From NCBI GenBank assembly GCA_964542255.1, contig CAZITV010000001.1, forward strand, positions 28,860 to 92,859: 64,000 nucleotides of DNA, written 5' to 3'. Each line of letters opens with the position of its first letter. The stretch's first letter is position 1. Under the pieces are notes generated by a model that did not search any database, was not told where the DNA came from, and saw nothing but the letters and a program-made list of their open reading frames with translations. Positions 19,398 to 28,085 of the stretch are shown in pieces. The translations under genes were made by a program, and so were the position numbers. This DNA comes from an uncultured Victivallaceae bacterium (GTDB taxonomy: Bacteria > Verrucomicrobiota > Lentisphaeria > Victivallales > Victivallaceae).

Positions 19398-21316
19398 TAT
19401 TGAGTATTTCTCCCGTCATCTTTTTGTGTATCAGTTGGAATTGCAAATTTTAAGGTCAGTATTTTTAGTAATGACGATAGCTTGATAGGTTTTGTAATAT
19501 AATCATTACAGCCAGCGGCAAGTGCTTTTTCTTGGTCACCGCTTAGCGCATAAGCAGTTTGAGCTATAATCATTACATCAGAATTAAATTGTCGAATTTG
19601 TCTTGTCGCCTCATAGCCGTTTAGTTTAGGCAACCCAATGTCAATTATGATTAAATCTATATCAGGGTTGCTGCGGCTCAATTCAACGGCTTCCGCGCCT
19701 GATGACGTCGTAATTATTTGTTTGGCAAAATTTTGTGTCATCAATGAGATGAGCATGGCAGAATGTTTATCGTCTTCTACAATTAAAATTTTTATTTTTT
19801 TCAGTTTGATATCTTTGAAATTATTCAGTGATATCTCCTCAGTCGGAACAAAAACGGAATCATTTAGCATATATGGTAGTGTAAAATAAAACGTTGAACC
19901 AGCACCGGGTTCACTTTCCATCCAAATTTTGCCTCCAAGTACTTCCACATATGCTTTGACAATTGATAATCCCAAGCCAGAGCCCTGATAGACATCTTCG
20001 CCGCCACCATGGGCACGGACAAAACGTTCAAAAACGGCATCTTGAAAATCTTTTGGAACTCCAATTCCAGTATCTCTGACAAAAAAATGCAGCATTTCAT
20101 CAATTTTTTTATAACCAAACTCGATTGACCCTTTCTCTGTAAATTTAAGAGCATTTTTAACAAGATTGGTTAATATTGCATAAAGCTTTTCCCGGTCAGT
20201 GCTAATCTTTGCTTCGGCAGTGGGAAGTCCTGGATTGCAGACGAACGTAAGTCCGCGTTTTGCTGCTTCAGGTTTAAAAAAAGTGTAAATGTATTCAAGT
20301 TGCTCGTTGACATTCGTCTGACATATTACGACGTCCATCTGCCCCGATTCAATTTTGGAAACATTGATGATGTCATTGATTGTATTGAGCATACGCGCGC
20401 CGCTTGATTCGATTATATTGATATATTTCTGCTGTTCGCTGAAGGTAAGCTGAGGCGTTTTCAGCATTTCAGCGAATCCTATAATGCCATTCATAGGTGT
20501 TCTGATTTCATGGCTCATATTAGCGAGAAACTGACTCTTGGCAATATCTGCAGCCTGAGCTTCTATTGCCAATTTGCGCGCATTAGATTCAGATATTATC
20601 AAAGATTTATTACTGGCTTCCAATTCATCTTTTTTTTGCCTCAGCAATTTAACCATTCGTGAAAGATGAGTTAAGGATGGCTTGAAAACAAAGAAAAATT
20701 CTAAAGTCAAGACAATCAATCCGAGCGCCAGAATAAAGTTTTCCATCTTTGATAAGTAGTTAACGCGTTTTTCTGATTCGGCGTCAAATTGAAAAGTAAT
20801 TGAGTCCATCAGTCGAAGGAACTCGGTTTCATTATCGCTAATAATTATGGCTAATGGTTTTGCCGCTGCCGGATTTGGTCTGGCGTTGCCATCTGTTAGT
20901 GCGGTCAGTTGATGAAGTGCTTCAACCATAGCGCTATATGTTTTATTGATTTTTGCAAAAAGCTGATTAATCTCTGTGCTATTTTCACGCGCTGGTAACT
21001 TTAGACTATTATCGCCGAACTGCAAACCTCGGTGAGCAGTTTCCCATGCAGCCAAAGAAGTTGATAGTTCCGCCCCGTATCTTTTCCACTCTGTTTCGGA
21101 TTTCGTATTAGACATTGCCAGTGCGCACTTTGTCATACGCTGGCTTAACATCCGTTGCCGACCGGACAAATTAATGATACGTGCATCACCAGTAGTATTG
21201 TTGATGGCGTATTTCATCAGCATTGTTGACGACAACATCGTCAAGGCTATAAGCGTAAGTGCGATTAAGTAAATAACTACTAACCGCTGAATGCTTTTTT
21301 GAGATAATTCTTCCAT
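19397..21316 (-). CDS. hybrid sensor histidine kinase with NarX/PilJ-type (P-box) periplasmic sensor and C-terminal receiver
   Basis: INLSGRQRMLSQRMTK P-box, second TM, H-box FLANMSHEIRTPMNGI, N/G boxes LVKNALKFT, DTGIGV, GSGLGLSIV, and REC domain ILIVEDD...IDIGLPKLNG...KP. Confidence 0.9.
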   Translation of the reverse strand: MEELSQKSIQRLVVIYLIALTLIALTMLSSTMLMKYAINNTTGDARIINLSGRQRMLSQRMTKCALAMSNTKSETEWKRYGAELSTSLAAWETAHRGLQFGDNSLKLPARENSTEINQLFAKINKTYSAMVEALHQLTALTDGNARPNPAAAKPLAIIISDNETEFLRLMDSITFQFDAESEKRVNYLSKMENFILALGLIVLTLEFFFVFKPSLTHLSRMVKLLRQKKDELEASNKSLIISESNARKLAIEAQAADIAKSQFLANMSHEIRTPMNGIIGFAEMLKTPQLTFSEQQKYINIIESSGARMLNTINDIINVSKIESGQMDVVICQTNVNEQLEYIYTFFKPEAAKRGLTFVCNPGLPTAEAKISTDREKLYAILTNLVKNALKFTEKGSIEFGYKKIDEMLHFFVRDTGIGVPKDFQDAVFERFVRAHGGGEDVYQGSGLGLSIVKAYVEVLGGKIWMESEPGAGSTFYFTLPYMLNDSVFVPTEEISLNNFKDIKLKKIKILIVEDDKHSAMLISLMTQNFAKQIITTSSGAEAVELSRSNPDIDLIIIDIGLPKLNGYEATRQIRQFNSDVMIIAQTAYALSGDQEKALAAGCNDYITKPIKLSSLLKILTLKFAIPTDTQKDDGRNTQ

Positions 21317-21430
21317 TACATTATCCGAATTTTAGAAATATTAACCAAATATATGTAACAATCTATATTGTACAATTTAAAAATCAAGTAATTAGCCGGT
21401 AATGGAGGCGACTTAACTTAAAATAAGTGC

Positions 21431-22666
21431 TTAAATACAATGAGCCCCGCAGCATTTTTTAAATTTGTTGCCGCTGCCGCAATGACATAGAGAATTTTTG
21501 CTCTGTGTGTTTGGATTTGTTAAATCAAATAATGGCAAATTATATTTGTAAGGATTGCGTTCACGTATAATTAATTGTGCCAATTCTTTGAAACGGACAA
21601 GAGTGTGTTCGTAGAATAATTTCCATCCAGCACATAATATACTGAGTTCACTAGATTTATCGCCACACCCAAACCGGTTTTTTTGACAACATCCTGCGCA
21701 TAACCTATAATAACAGCAGGTTGAGCACTGCTCTGACACAATGCTTTTTTGTTTACCAAATTTTTGATAAAGAGGAATTTCCTGTAACTTTTTCCAATTG
21801 ACGGTGTCAACTTTGCCAAGACACCATTCGGGCTGAACAAAAAAATCACAAGGAAAAATAGAACCATCATGTTCAATGACAAAATATTGGCAGCAGTTTT
21901 CTGCCAAGCTGCAAACGTTAGTAGTTCCATCAATTATTCGGGCAATAATTGAATCAAAAAGCCGAATTGAAATTAGCTGTGTATCATGCTGGTACCATTC
22001 ATCAAATATTTTGCAAAGGAATTCACCCCATTTTTCTGGCGATACGCTGAAAGGCATAATTTTCCCGTCATTGCCAAACTCAACACATTCAATATATTGA
22101 TGGAATTTGATATTAAGATCATCGCGTAAATAATGATAAATATCTAACGGTTGTGATTCATTGGATGAACTTACCAATGTTAAAACATTATATTCGACAT
22201 CGTTGCGCCTTAATGCGGTCAGGCCGCGCATAACGTCATGATGGCTGCCAGCACCGGTAAGATACACTCTGTTTGCGTTATGAATATTTTCAGGACCATC
22301 AATACTGACGCCAACTAAAAAATTATACTGACGCAAAAAACTGCACCATGCATCATCAAGTAAAATGCCGTTAGTCTGAAATCCGTTTGCTACCTGTTTG
22401 CTGCCGGCACCAAATCGCTGCATCAACGCAACTGCTTTCTTATAGAAATCGAGCCCCATCAGCGTTGGTTCTCCGCCTTGCCAGCCAAAGTTGTAACATG
22501 GCATATCAAGACTCATAAAAGATGATATTGTTTGTTCCAGCACAACATAAGGCATGCGGTGTGCCCCACTGCCGAACAAAGTTTCTTTTTTAAGGTAAAA
22601 ACAATATTTACAGCGTAGATTACAATCAAATGAATTTGGTTTTACCAATAATGAGAACGCGCGCAT
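21431..22666 (-). CDS. radical SAM/SPASM anaerobic sulfatase-maturating-enzyme-like protein with C-terminal SEC-C motif
   Basis: CNLRCKYCFY radical-SAM cluster, GGEPTL, SPASM Cys clusters (CSTCCYYRLCAGCC), C-terminal CHCGSGNKFKKCCG. Start set to the ATG at 22666 (AAAGGGG upstream); the ORF track's TTG start is at 22720. Confidence 0.82.
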   Translation of the reverse strand: MRAFSLLVKPNSFDCNLRCKYCFYLKKETLFGSGAHRMPYVVLEQTISSFMSLDMPCYNFGWQGGEPTLMGLDFYKKAVALMQRFGAGSKQVANGFQTNGILLDDAWCSFLRQYNFLVGVSIDGPENIHNANRVYLTGAGSHHDVMRGLTALRRNDVEYNVLTLVSSSNESQPLDIYHYLRDDLNIKFHQYIECVEFGNDGKIMPFSVSPEKWGEFLCKIFDEWYQHDTQLISIRLFDSIIARIIDGTTNVCSLAENCCQYFVIEHDGSIFPCDFFVQPEWCLGKVDTVNWKKLQEIPLYQKFGKQKSIVSEQCSTCCYYRLCAGCCQKNRFGCGDKSSELSILCAGWKLFYEHTLVRFKELAQLIIRERNPYKYNLPLFDLTNPNTQSKNSLCHCGSGNKFKKCCGAHCI

Positions 22667-22776
22667 AAATCCCCTTTTTAAATATCTGGATTTTATCGAT
22701 AGCGTATGAGTGCAGAGCAATAAATTTTAGCGGTAACTGCTAAAAGTTTATCACATGTTTACGCTTCCTGTTATAT

Positions 22777-23631
22777 TTATATGCTCTCAACGTGCAGATC
22801 AGGAGAAATGAATTCACGTAATTTTCCTTCAACAGTATGCTTTAGTGTTACTTGTGCAGTTGGGCATACCGCGCAGCGCCCCTTGAGCCTAACTTGAATT
22901 ATGTTATCGTGAATATCTACTAATTCAATACTGCCGCCGTCACTTTCAAGCATCGGCTTTATTTCCTTGTCAATCACTTCTTGTACCTTGATTACTTTCT
23001 TAACAATTGGCAGAGTTAAGAAGCTCGACACAGATTTATCATTTGCTGCTGAAAGTTGATTTTTCCAAATTCCTTCGATAATTTCCTGAATATCATCAAG
23101 GCATGTACCGCATGCTCCGCCTGCCTTGCAGTAATTTGTAACATCGGTTGTGGAATGCAGGTTATTTTCCTTTACTATTTTTCTGATTTTAGTGTCAGTA
23201 ATTCCAAAGCATTTGCAAACGATGCGACCTTCATGGTCAACATCATTGTTGGTTGGATTAACTATGCCGCGATAATTTGCAATGGCTGCTTGAAGTGCTT
23301 CCATTCCCATAACTGAACAGTGCATTTTCTCTTCCGGCAGTTCGCCAAGTACATCAACGATATCCTGATTGGTAACCTTGGCGGCTTCTTCTAGAGTCAT
23401 ACCTTTGACAATTTCTGTCAACACTGATGATGAGGCAATAGCGCTGGCACAGCCGAATGTTTTGAACATAGCTTCGGTGATTTTGCCGTCTTCACCGATT
23501 TTAAGCGTTAGTCTAAGTGCATCGCCGCAAGTAATATTGCCAACTTCTCCAACAGCATCAGCCTTGGCTACTTCGCCAACGTTTTGCGGTTCTAGAAAAT
23601 GCTTCATGACTTTTTCGTTATAGTCCCACAT
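22777..23631 (-). CDS. nifU: Fe-S cluster assembly scaffold NifU (three-domain type)
   Basis: IscU-like N-domain (CGDALRL, FKTFGCASAIASS, HCSV), central [2Fe-2S] Cys region (CKCFG...CGTC), C-terminal Nfu domain (GRCAVCPTAQVTL). Confidence 0.9.
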   Translation of the reverse strand: MWDYNEKVMKHFLEPQNVGEVAKADAVGEVGNITCGDALRLTLKIGEDGKITEAMFKTFGCASAIASSSVLTEIVKGMTLEEAAKVTNQDIVDVLGELPEEKMHCSVMGMEALQAAIANYRGIVNPTNNDVDHEGRIVCKCFGITDTKIRKIVKENNLHSTTDVTNYCKAGGACGTCLDDIQEIIEGIWKNQLSAANDKSVSSFLTLPIVKKVIKVQEVIDKEIKPMLESDGGSIELVDIHDNIIQVRLKGRCAVCPTAQVTLKHTVEGKLREFISPDLHVESI

Positions 23632-23647
23632 AATTCACCTCATAGTA

Positions 23648-25384
23648 TTATACGTTGTATTTTTCGAATTCATCAGCAACCAGTTGCTTCATTTTTGCAG
23701 CAACCTCAGCAATTTCTACCAATTCTGCATCTTTTTCACCACGCCGCTTTAATTCAACCTTGCCTTCTGCTAGCGTTTTGGGCGAAATAATTAATCGAAA
23801 CGGTATTCCCAACAGGTCAGCATCACTGAACATAAATCCTGCTTTTTCACCTCTGTCGTCATACAGTACTTCCAGATTGTCCGCCTGTAATTCCGCATAA
23901 AGCTTGTCAGCAGTCATTTCAACGTTGTCAACACTAGGATTCAATGAACATATATGCACTTGATAAGGAGCAATAGTAATTGGCCAAATTGGACCCCATT
24001 GGTCATAAGACTGCTCGATTACTGACGCCATCGTTCTGCCGACGCCAATACCGTAGCATCCCATAATCATCGGCTGAGTTTTTCCATTTTTATCCAGATA
24101 ACAGCAATTCATCGCAACTGAATATTTCGTGCCCAATTGAAAAATATTTCCTACTTCGATGCCGCGTTCAAGACGAAGCGGATTTCCAGTCAGCGGGCAA
24201 GGGTCGCCTTCGCGGACTGTGGCTATATCTGCGGTGATGATGCCGGGTAGACCAGATATATCCCGGTCAAAATTAAAGTTTTTGTAGTGAAAATGCGGTT
24301 CATTAGCCCCAACTACAAGATTCGATGATTCTGCGATGGAGCGGTCAACCACAATTAAAACCTTTTTGGTGTCAATGGCTAACGGAGATGCATAACCAGG
24401 TTCACAACCGGCAGCGCGAATTGCTTCGTCATTCGCAAATTTCAACTCAGAAATTTTTAATATATTTTGTAATTTGGTCTCATTAACTTCAAAATCACCA
24501 CGGATCATTGCAAAAATTACCCCACCATTAGGATTTTCATAGAAAACTGCTTTGCCGGTATTTTCAGGTTTTAATTGTAGAAATCCTGCCACGTCCTCAA
24601 TGCTTTTACATTCTGGAGTGTGAACTTTTTCCAGCATTAATGATTCTGACTTGGCGAATTGCCATGCTGCAGTGGCAATTTCACGGTTAGCACGATAACT
24701 GCCATCAGGTGAAACAAAAATTGTATCTTCGCCAAATTCGGAAATAGCCATAAATTCGTGCGATACTTTTCCGCCCATCATGCCGGAATTGGATTCAATA
24801 GATAAAACATTCTTCAGCCCAACCCGCTTAAAAATATGCGTGTAGGCGTCGTGTGCTTTATTGTAATATTCTTCAAGACAATTTTGTGTGCAGTGGAAAG
24901 AATAAGCATCCTTCATTGTGAATTCACGCACTCTGATAAGACCGCCGCGGGCTCGTGCTTCATCGCGATATTTCGTTTGGATTTGATAGAGCATCGCCGG
25001 CAATTGTTTATAACTGGTTATTTCTGTACGTGCCATGTGAACTACTGCTTCTTCGTGCGTCATTGCTAACAGCATCGCTTTGCCGTTGCGGTCTTTGAAA
25101 CGCAATAATTCATTTCCAACCGTTTTATAGCGGCCAGATTCCTCCCACAGTTCGGCCGGCAAGACTACCGGCATCAATACCTCTTGTCCATTTATCGCAT
25201 TCATCTCCTCGCGGATAATACGCTCTATCTTGCTGGTTATGCGTTTAGCAATAGGCAATAATGAGTATATCCCTGTAGAGACAGGGCGAATATATCCACC
25301 GCGGATTAAAAATTTATGGCTTGCTGTTTTTGCATCTTTAGGTTCTTCCTTGATGCGGCGCCCAACTAATTTACTCATTCTCAT
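23648..25384 (-). CDS. proS: proline--tRNA ligase (bacterial type with INS editing domain)
   Basis: 578 aa. FLIRGGYIRPVSTGIYSLLP, class II motifs (REFTMKDAYSF; GCYGIGVGR), C-terminal anticodon-binding domain. Confidence 0.95.
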   Translation of the reverse strand: MRMSKLVGRRIKEEPKDAKTASHKFLIRGGYIRPVSTGIYSLLPIAKRITSKIERIIREEMNAINGQEVLMPVVLPAELWEESGRYKTVGNELLRFKDRNGKAMLLAMTHEEAVVHMARTEITSYKQLPAMLYQIQTKYRDEARARGGLIRVREFTMKDAYSFHCTQNCLEEYYNKAHDAYTHIFKRVGLKNVLSIESNSGMMGGKVSHEFMAISEFGEDTIFVSPDGSYRANREIATAAWQFAKSESLMLEKVHTPECKSIEDVAGFLQLKPENTGKAVFYENPNGGVIFAMIRGDFEVNETKLQNILKISELKFANDEAIRAAGCEPGYASPLAIDTKKVLIVVDRSIAESSNLVVGANEPHFHYKNFNFDRDISGLPGIITADIATVREGDPCPLTGNPLRLERGIEVGNIFQLGTKYSVAMNCCYLDKNGKTQPMIMGCYGIGVGRTMASVIEQSYDQWGPIWPITIAPYQVHICSLNPSVDNVEMTADKLYAELQADNLEVLYDDRGEKAGFMFSDADLLGIPFRLIISPKTLAEGKVELKRRGEKDAELVEIAEVAAKMKQLVADEFEKYNV

Positions 25385-25819
25385 TATTATCGACCTTCCT
25401 GTGAATTATAATTAATCATTAAATTACCACTATGACAGTGCCAGAAAATTGTATATATGTCACTACTGGCTTGAGTCATCTGGTCACTATTATAAAAAGT
25501 TTTTAGCCAAATTGCAAATGTCAATTTTACTGTTGAAACTATTGTGATCTTAATATAATTCATTTAATACAGAATCGCAATCTTAAAGCTGACAAAGATT
25601 ATGAATTCCGTCTTTGAGCATATTTCGACCCATGATATCGATTTTACATCGCAACTACGCGGTATTATCACCACTTAGCTTGGCATCATTTTTTAAGAAA
25701 TTATGGATTAATTACTGTGGTTGAATGTGAAAAACAACTTTACCAAAATTAAAATCGGTTTTAGGAAGTATTGACATTTACAGGTGCTATCAGCTGCAGG
25801 TTTGAAAAACGCTAGCAGT

Positions 25820-26398
25820 TTATTTGCGGCAACGGTAAACAAATGCAGGCGGAAAATTATTCCAAACAATCTTGGATATTTCTACTGAGGAAAAATTGTT
25901 TTGAAGCAACTTTTTAAATCGTCGTGCAGAAGGTAAAAATATGCCTTGAATATATGCAAACGTAGTGAAATAACCACCATCATTTAATGCTGAGATTACT
26001 TCATTAATAATCTTATTTTGGGTTTTTTCGGAGAATACTGACCATGGCAGTCCTGAAATAACTATATCAAGATGCGGAAGTTTCTCTTTATTGATGATAC
26101 TGGTTAAATTTTCAGCGCTGTCATGGTAAATTGTTATATTTGGATGATGTTTTCTGAATTCTTCGTAAATTGTCTGGTCAAGTTCGATTGCGAAAAATTT
26201 TGAATCAGTCGTAATATTTTTTAAAATGCTGGAAGTTATTGCTCCGGTGCCTGGACCAAGTTCAGCAATATAGTGTGCTGAGGCAATATCAATGTTTTCA
26301 ACCATTACCTTGGCCAGTGCCGGTGAACTTGAACAAAGAGTTCCAACCGTACCTGGCTTTTTGATAAATTGTCGCAGCAGCAAACTTTTTCTTTTCAC
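25820..26398 (-). CDS. class I SAM-dependent methyltransferase (phospholipid N-methyltransferase / small MT family)
   Basis: SAM motif I IAELGPGTGAIT and motif ISGLPW. 192 aa. Starts 24 nt downstream of the second ArnT-like gene. Confidence 0.72.
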   Translation of the reverse strand: MKRKSLLLRQFIKKPGTVGTLCSSSPALAKVMVENIDIASAHYIAELGPGTGAITSSILKNITTDSKFFAIELDQTIYEEFRKHHPNITIYHDSAENLTSIINKEKLPHLDIVISGLPWSVFSEKTQNKIINEVISALNDGGYFTTFAYIQGIFLPSARRFKKLLQNNFSSVEISKIVWNNFPPAFVYRCRK

Positions 26399-26422
26399 AA
26401 TACAATACCTTATAAATTAGTA

Positions 26423-28072
26423 CTAAAACTTTGCGAACATCATCTCGTGATCATAAATTTCAAAATCAGCTTTTTGTCCGGAATCACGAAAATCACCGCG
26501 TATAATATGAACTAAGCTGCCCGGTTTTGCTTTCTTAACCATCTTGCCAAATTCATCTTTTGAAATAATTCTCGACTTCTGATCCTGATAATTTAGACCA
26601 TACTCAAGCTCACCACCATGATCGGCAAACAATAAATCATTACGGTGAAATTCCCATGCGGCAGCATGCATTACATTGGGATGTGCAACGATAACTGTTC
26701 CCGGCGATATATATTGGCGCCACTTTTTGAAATAGATCCCTTGTGCTTTGTTGCTCAAGACTCGATCTGGAATAACGTAATTAGCCACAAAAAAAACTGC
26801 TAACGGCGCAATCGCGAAAATCGCTGTTTTATAATACACTTTTTTAACTCTAACCACAAATAACAATCCGGCAGCCCAAATAATTACTGCAGCGACCGCG
26901 ATTATCCATTTAAATACTTCCTCGCATGAGTACAACTCAGGAAAGATGCCACGATTTGCCAGCAATTGGTAAAGAATAAAACCTGCCGCGCTTATCAGTA
27001 GTGCCCAAGCTAATATTTTGCAGGACGTGTCCAGTAGAGAAGTGCCGGCGTTTTTGCAGTAACCAAGCAAACCCCATCCTGTCAACAGTGCTAACGGCGG
27101 AAAAAGCGGCAAAGCATATGTTGCCAATTTTCCGCTGCATGCAGAGAAAAACAGCGTAGGAAATATGAACCAGCAAATAATAAATTTGATAAATGAGTCA
27201 GGAAGAGCAACACGGTGTTTCACAGTCAAGCCTTTTAATGCGCAAGGCAGTAATAACACCCATGGCAACAACCCGCCCAATATAACCGGAACAAAGAACC
27301 AAAACGGTTCTGGATGTTGTGTCCCGCGTTTTTCAAAAAAACGTTGAACATGTTCAACCCAAAAAAAATAGCGCCAAAAGTCAGGTTCACGTTGATGAAT
27401 CATTAACACCCAGGGCGCAGCAATTACAATAATAGCTAAAAGCGGTATCCATGGCAGTATAAATATATCGCGCCAGCGTTTTTCCCAGAGCAAAAACGGA
27501 ATTATAGTTACCGCCGGGACTGCGAAGGCTAGGAATCCTTTGGTGAGAAATGCCATTCCGCAGCAGGCACCACTGAGCATTAAAAATAGCATTTGCTGAC
27601 GGTTAAACCGCAATTCCTGCGTGGCTATAAAAAAGAAAACTAGCGTTCCTGTAACAAATAGTGTCGTAGGGCTGTCCAAAACTGCAAAAGTTCCAATTCC
27701 GTAAACTAGACCAGATGTCAGAAAAATTGCGGTTGTCAGCCATGCAAAAAAAAGCTGTCTTGTCGTGCGCCAGGATAGAAAGAAAATTAGCGCTGCGCTG
27801 ATTCCTGTTGCCAGTGCTGAGGCAAAACGTACAGCAAACGCATTTTCGCCAAACAATAGTATCGCAGCCGCATTTAACCAATATCCCATTACAGGTTTTT
27901 CAAAATATCTAACGCCAATTAATCGCGGTGTAACCCAATCGCCAGTTTGGATCATTTCTCGCGGAATTTCGGCATATCGAAACTCATCCGGTGCAATCAT
28001 TGGCTTGCCACCCAACGGCAGAAGATAAATTAATGCAAATATAGATATTAGTGACAGAATAAGTAGTTTCAT
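26423..28072 (-). CDS. ArnT/PMT-like GT-C glycosyltransferase (GT83/GT39-like), paralogue 2
   Basis: DEFRYAEIPREM, RYFEKPVMGYWL, FGENAFAVRF, more than 10 TM segments. Start set to the ATG at 28072 (MKLLILS), 13 nt after the upstream stop; the ORF-track extension would overlap the upstream gene. Confidence 0.85.
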   Translation of the reverse strand: MKLLILSLISIFALIYLLPLGGKPMIAPDEFRYAEIPREMIQTGDWVTPRLIGVRYFEKPVMGYWLNAAAILLFGENAFAVRFASALATGISAALIFFLSWRTTRQLFFAWLTTAIFLTSGLVYGIGTFAVLDSPTTLFVTGTLVFFFIATQELRFNRQQMLFLMLSGACCGMAFLTKGFLAFAVPAVTIIPFLLWEKRWRDIFILPWIPLLAIIVIAAPWVLMIHQREPDFWRYFFWVEHVQRFFEKRGTQHPEPFWFFVPVILGGLLPWVLLLPCALKGLTVKHRVALPDSFIKFIICWFIFPTLFFSACSGKLATYALPLFPPLALLTGWGLLGYCKNAGTSLLDTSCKILAWALLISAAGFILYQLLANRGIFPELYSCEEVFKWIIAVAAVIIWAAGLLFVVRVKKVYYKTAIFAIAPLAVFFVANYVIPDRVLSNKAQGIYFKKWRQYISPGTVIVAHPNVMHAAAWEFHRNDLLFADHGGELEYGLNYQDQKSRIISKDEFGKMVKKAKPGSLVHIIRGDFRDSGQKADFEIYDHEMMFAKF

Positions 28073-28085
28073 ATTTTGCTGATAA

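Noticed and set aside
25658-25674. The minus-strand sequence GGTGATAATACCGCG resembles the T-box motif GGGUGGUACCGCG upstream of proS
   Set aside because: A 4-nt insertion disrupts the motif. It lies about 270 nt from the proS start, with no following terminator/antiterminator pair or specifier-loop elements that I could find.
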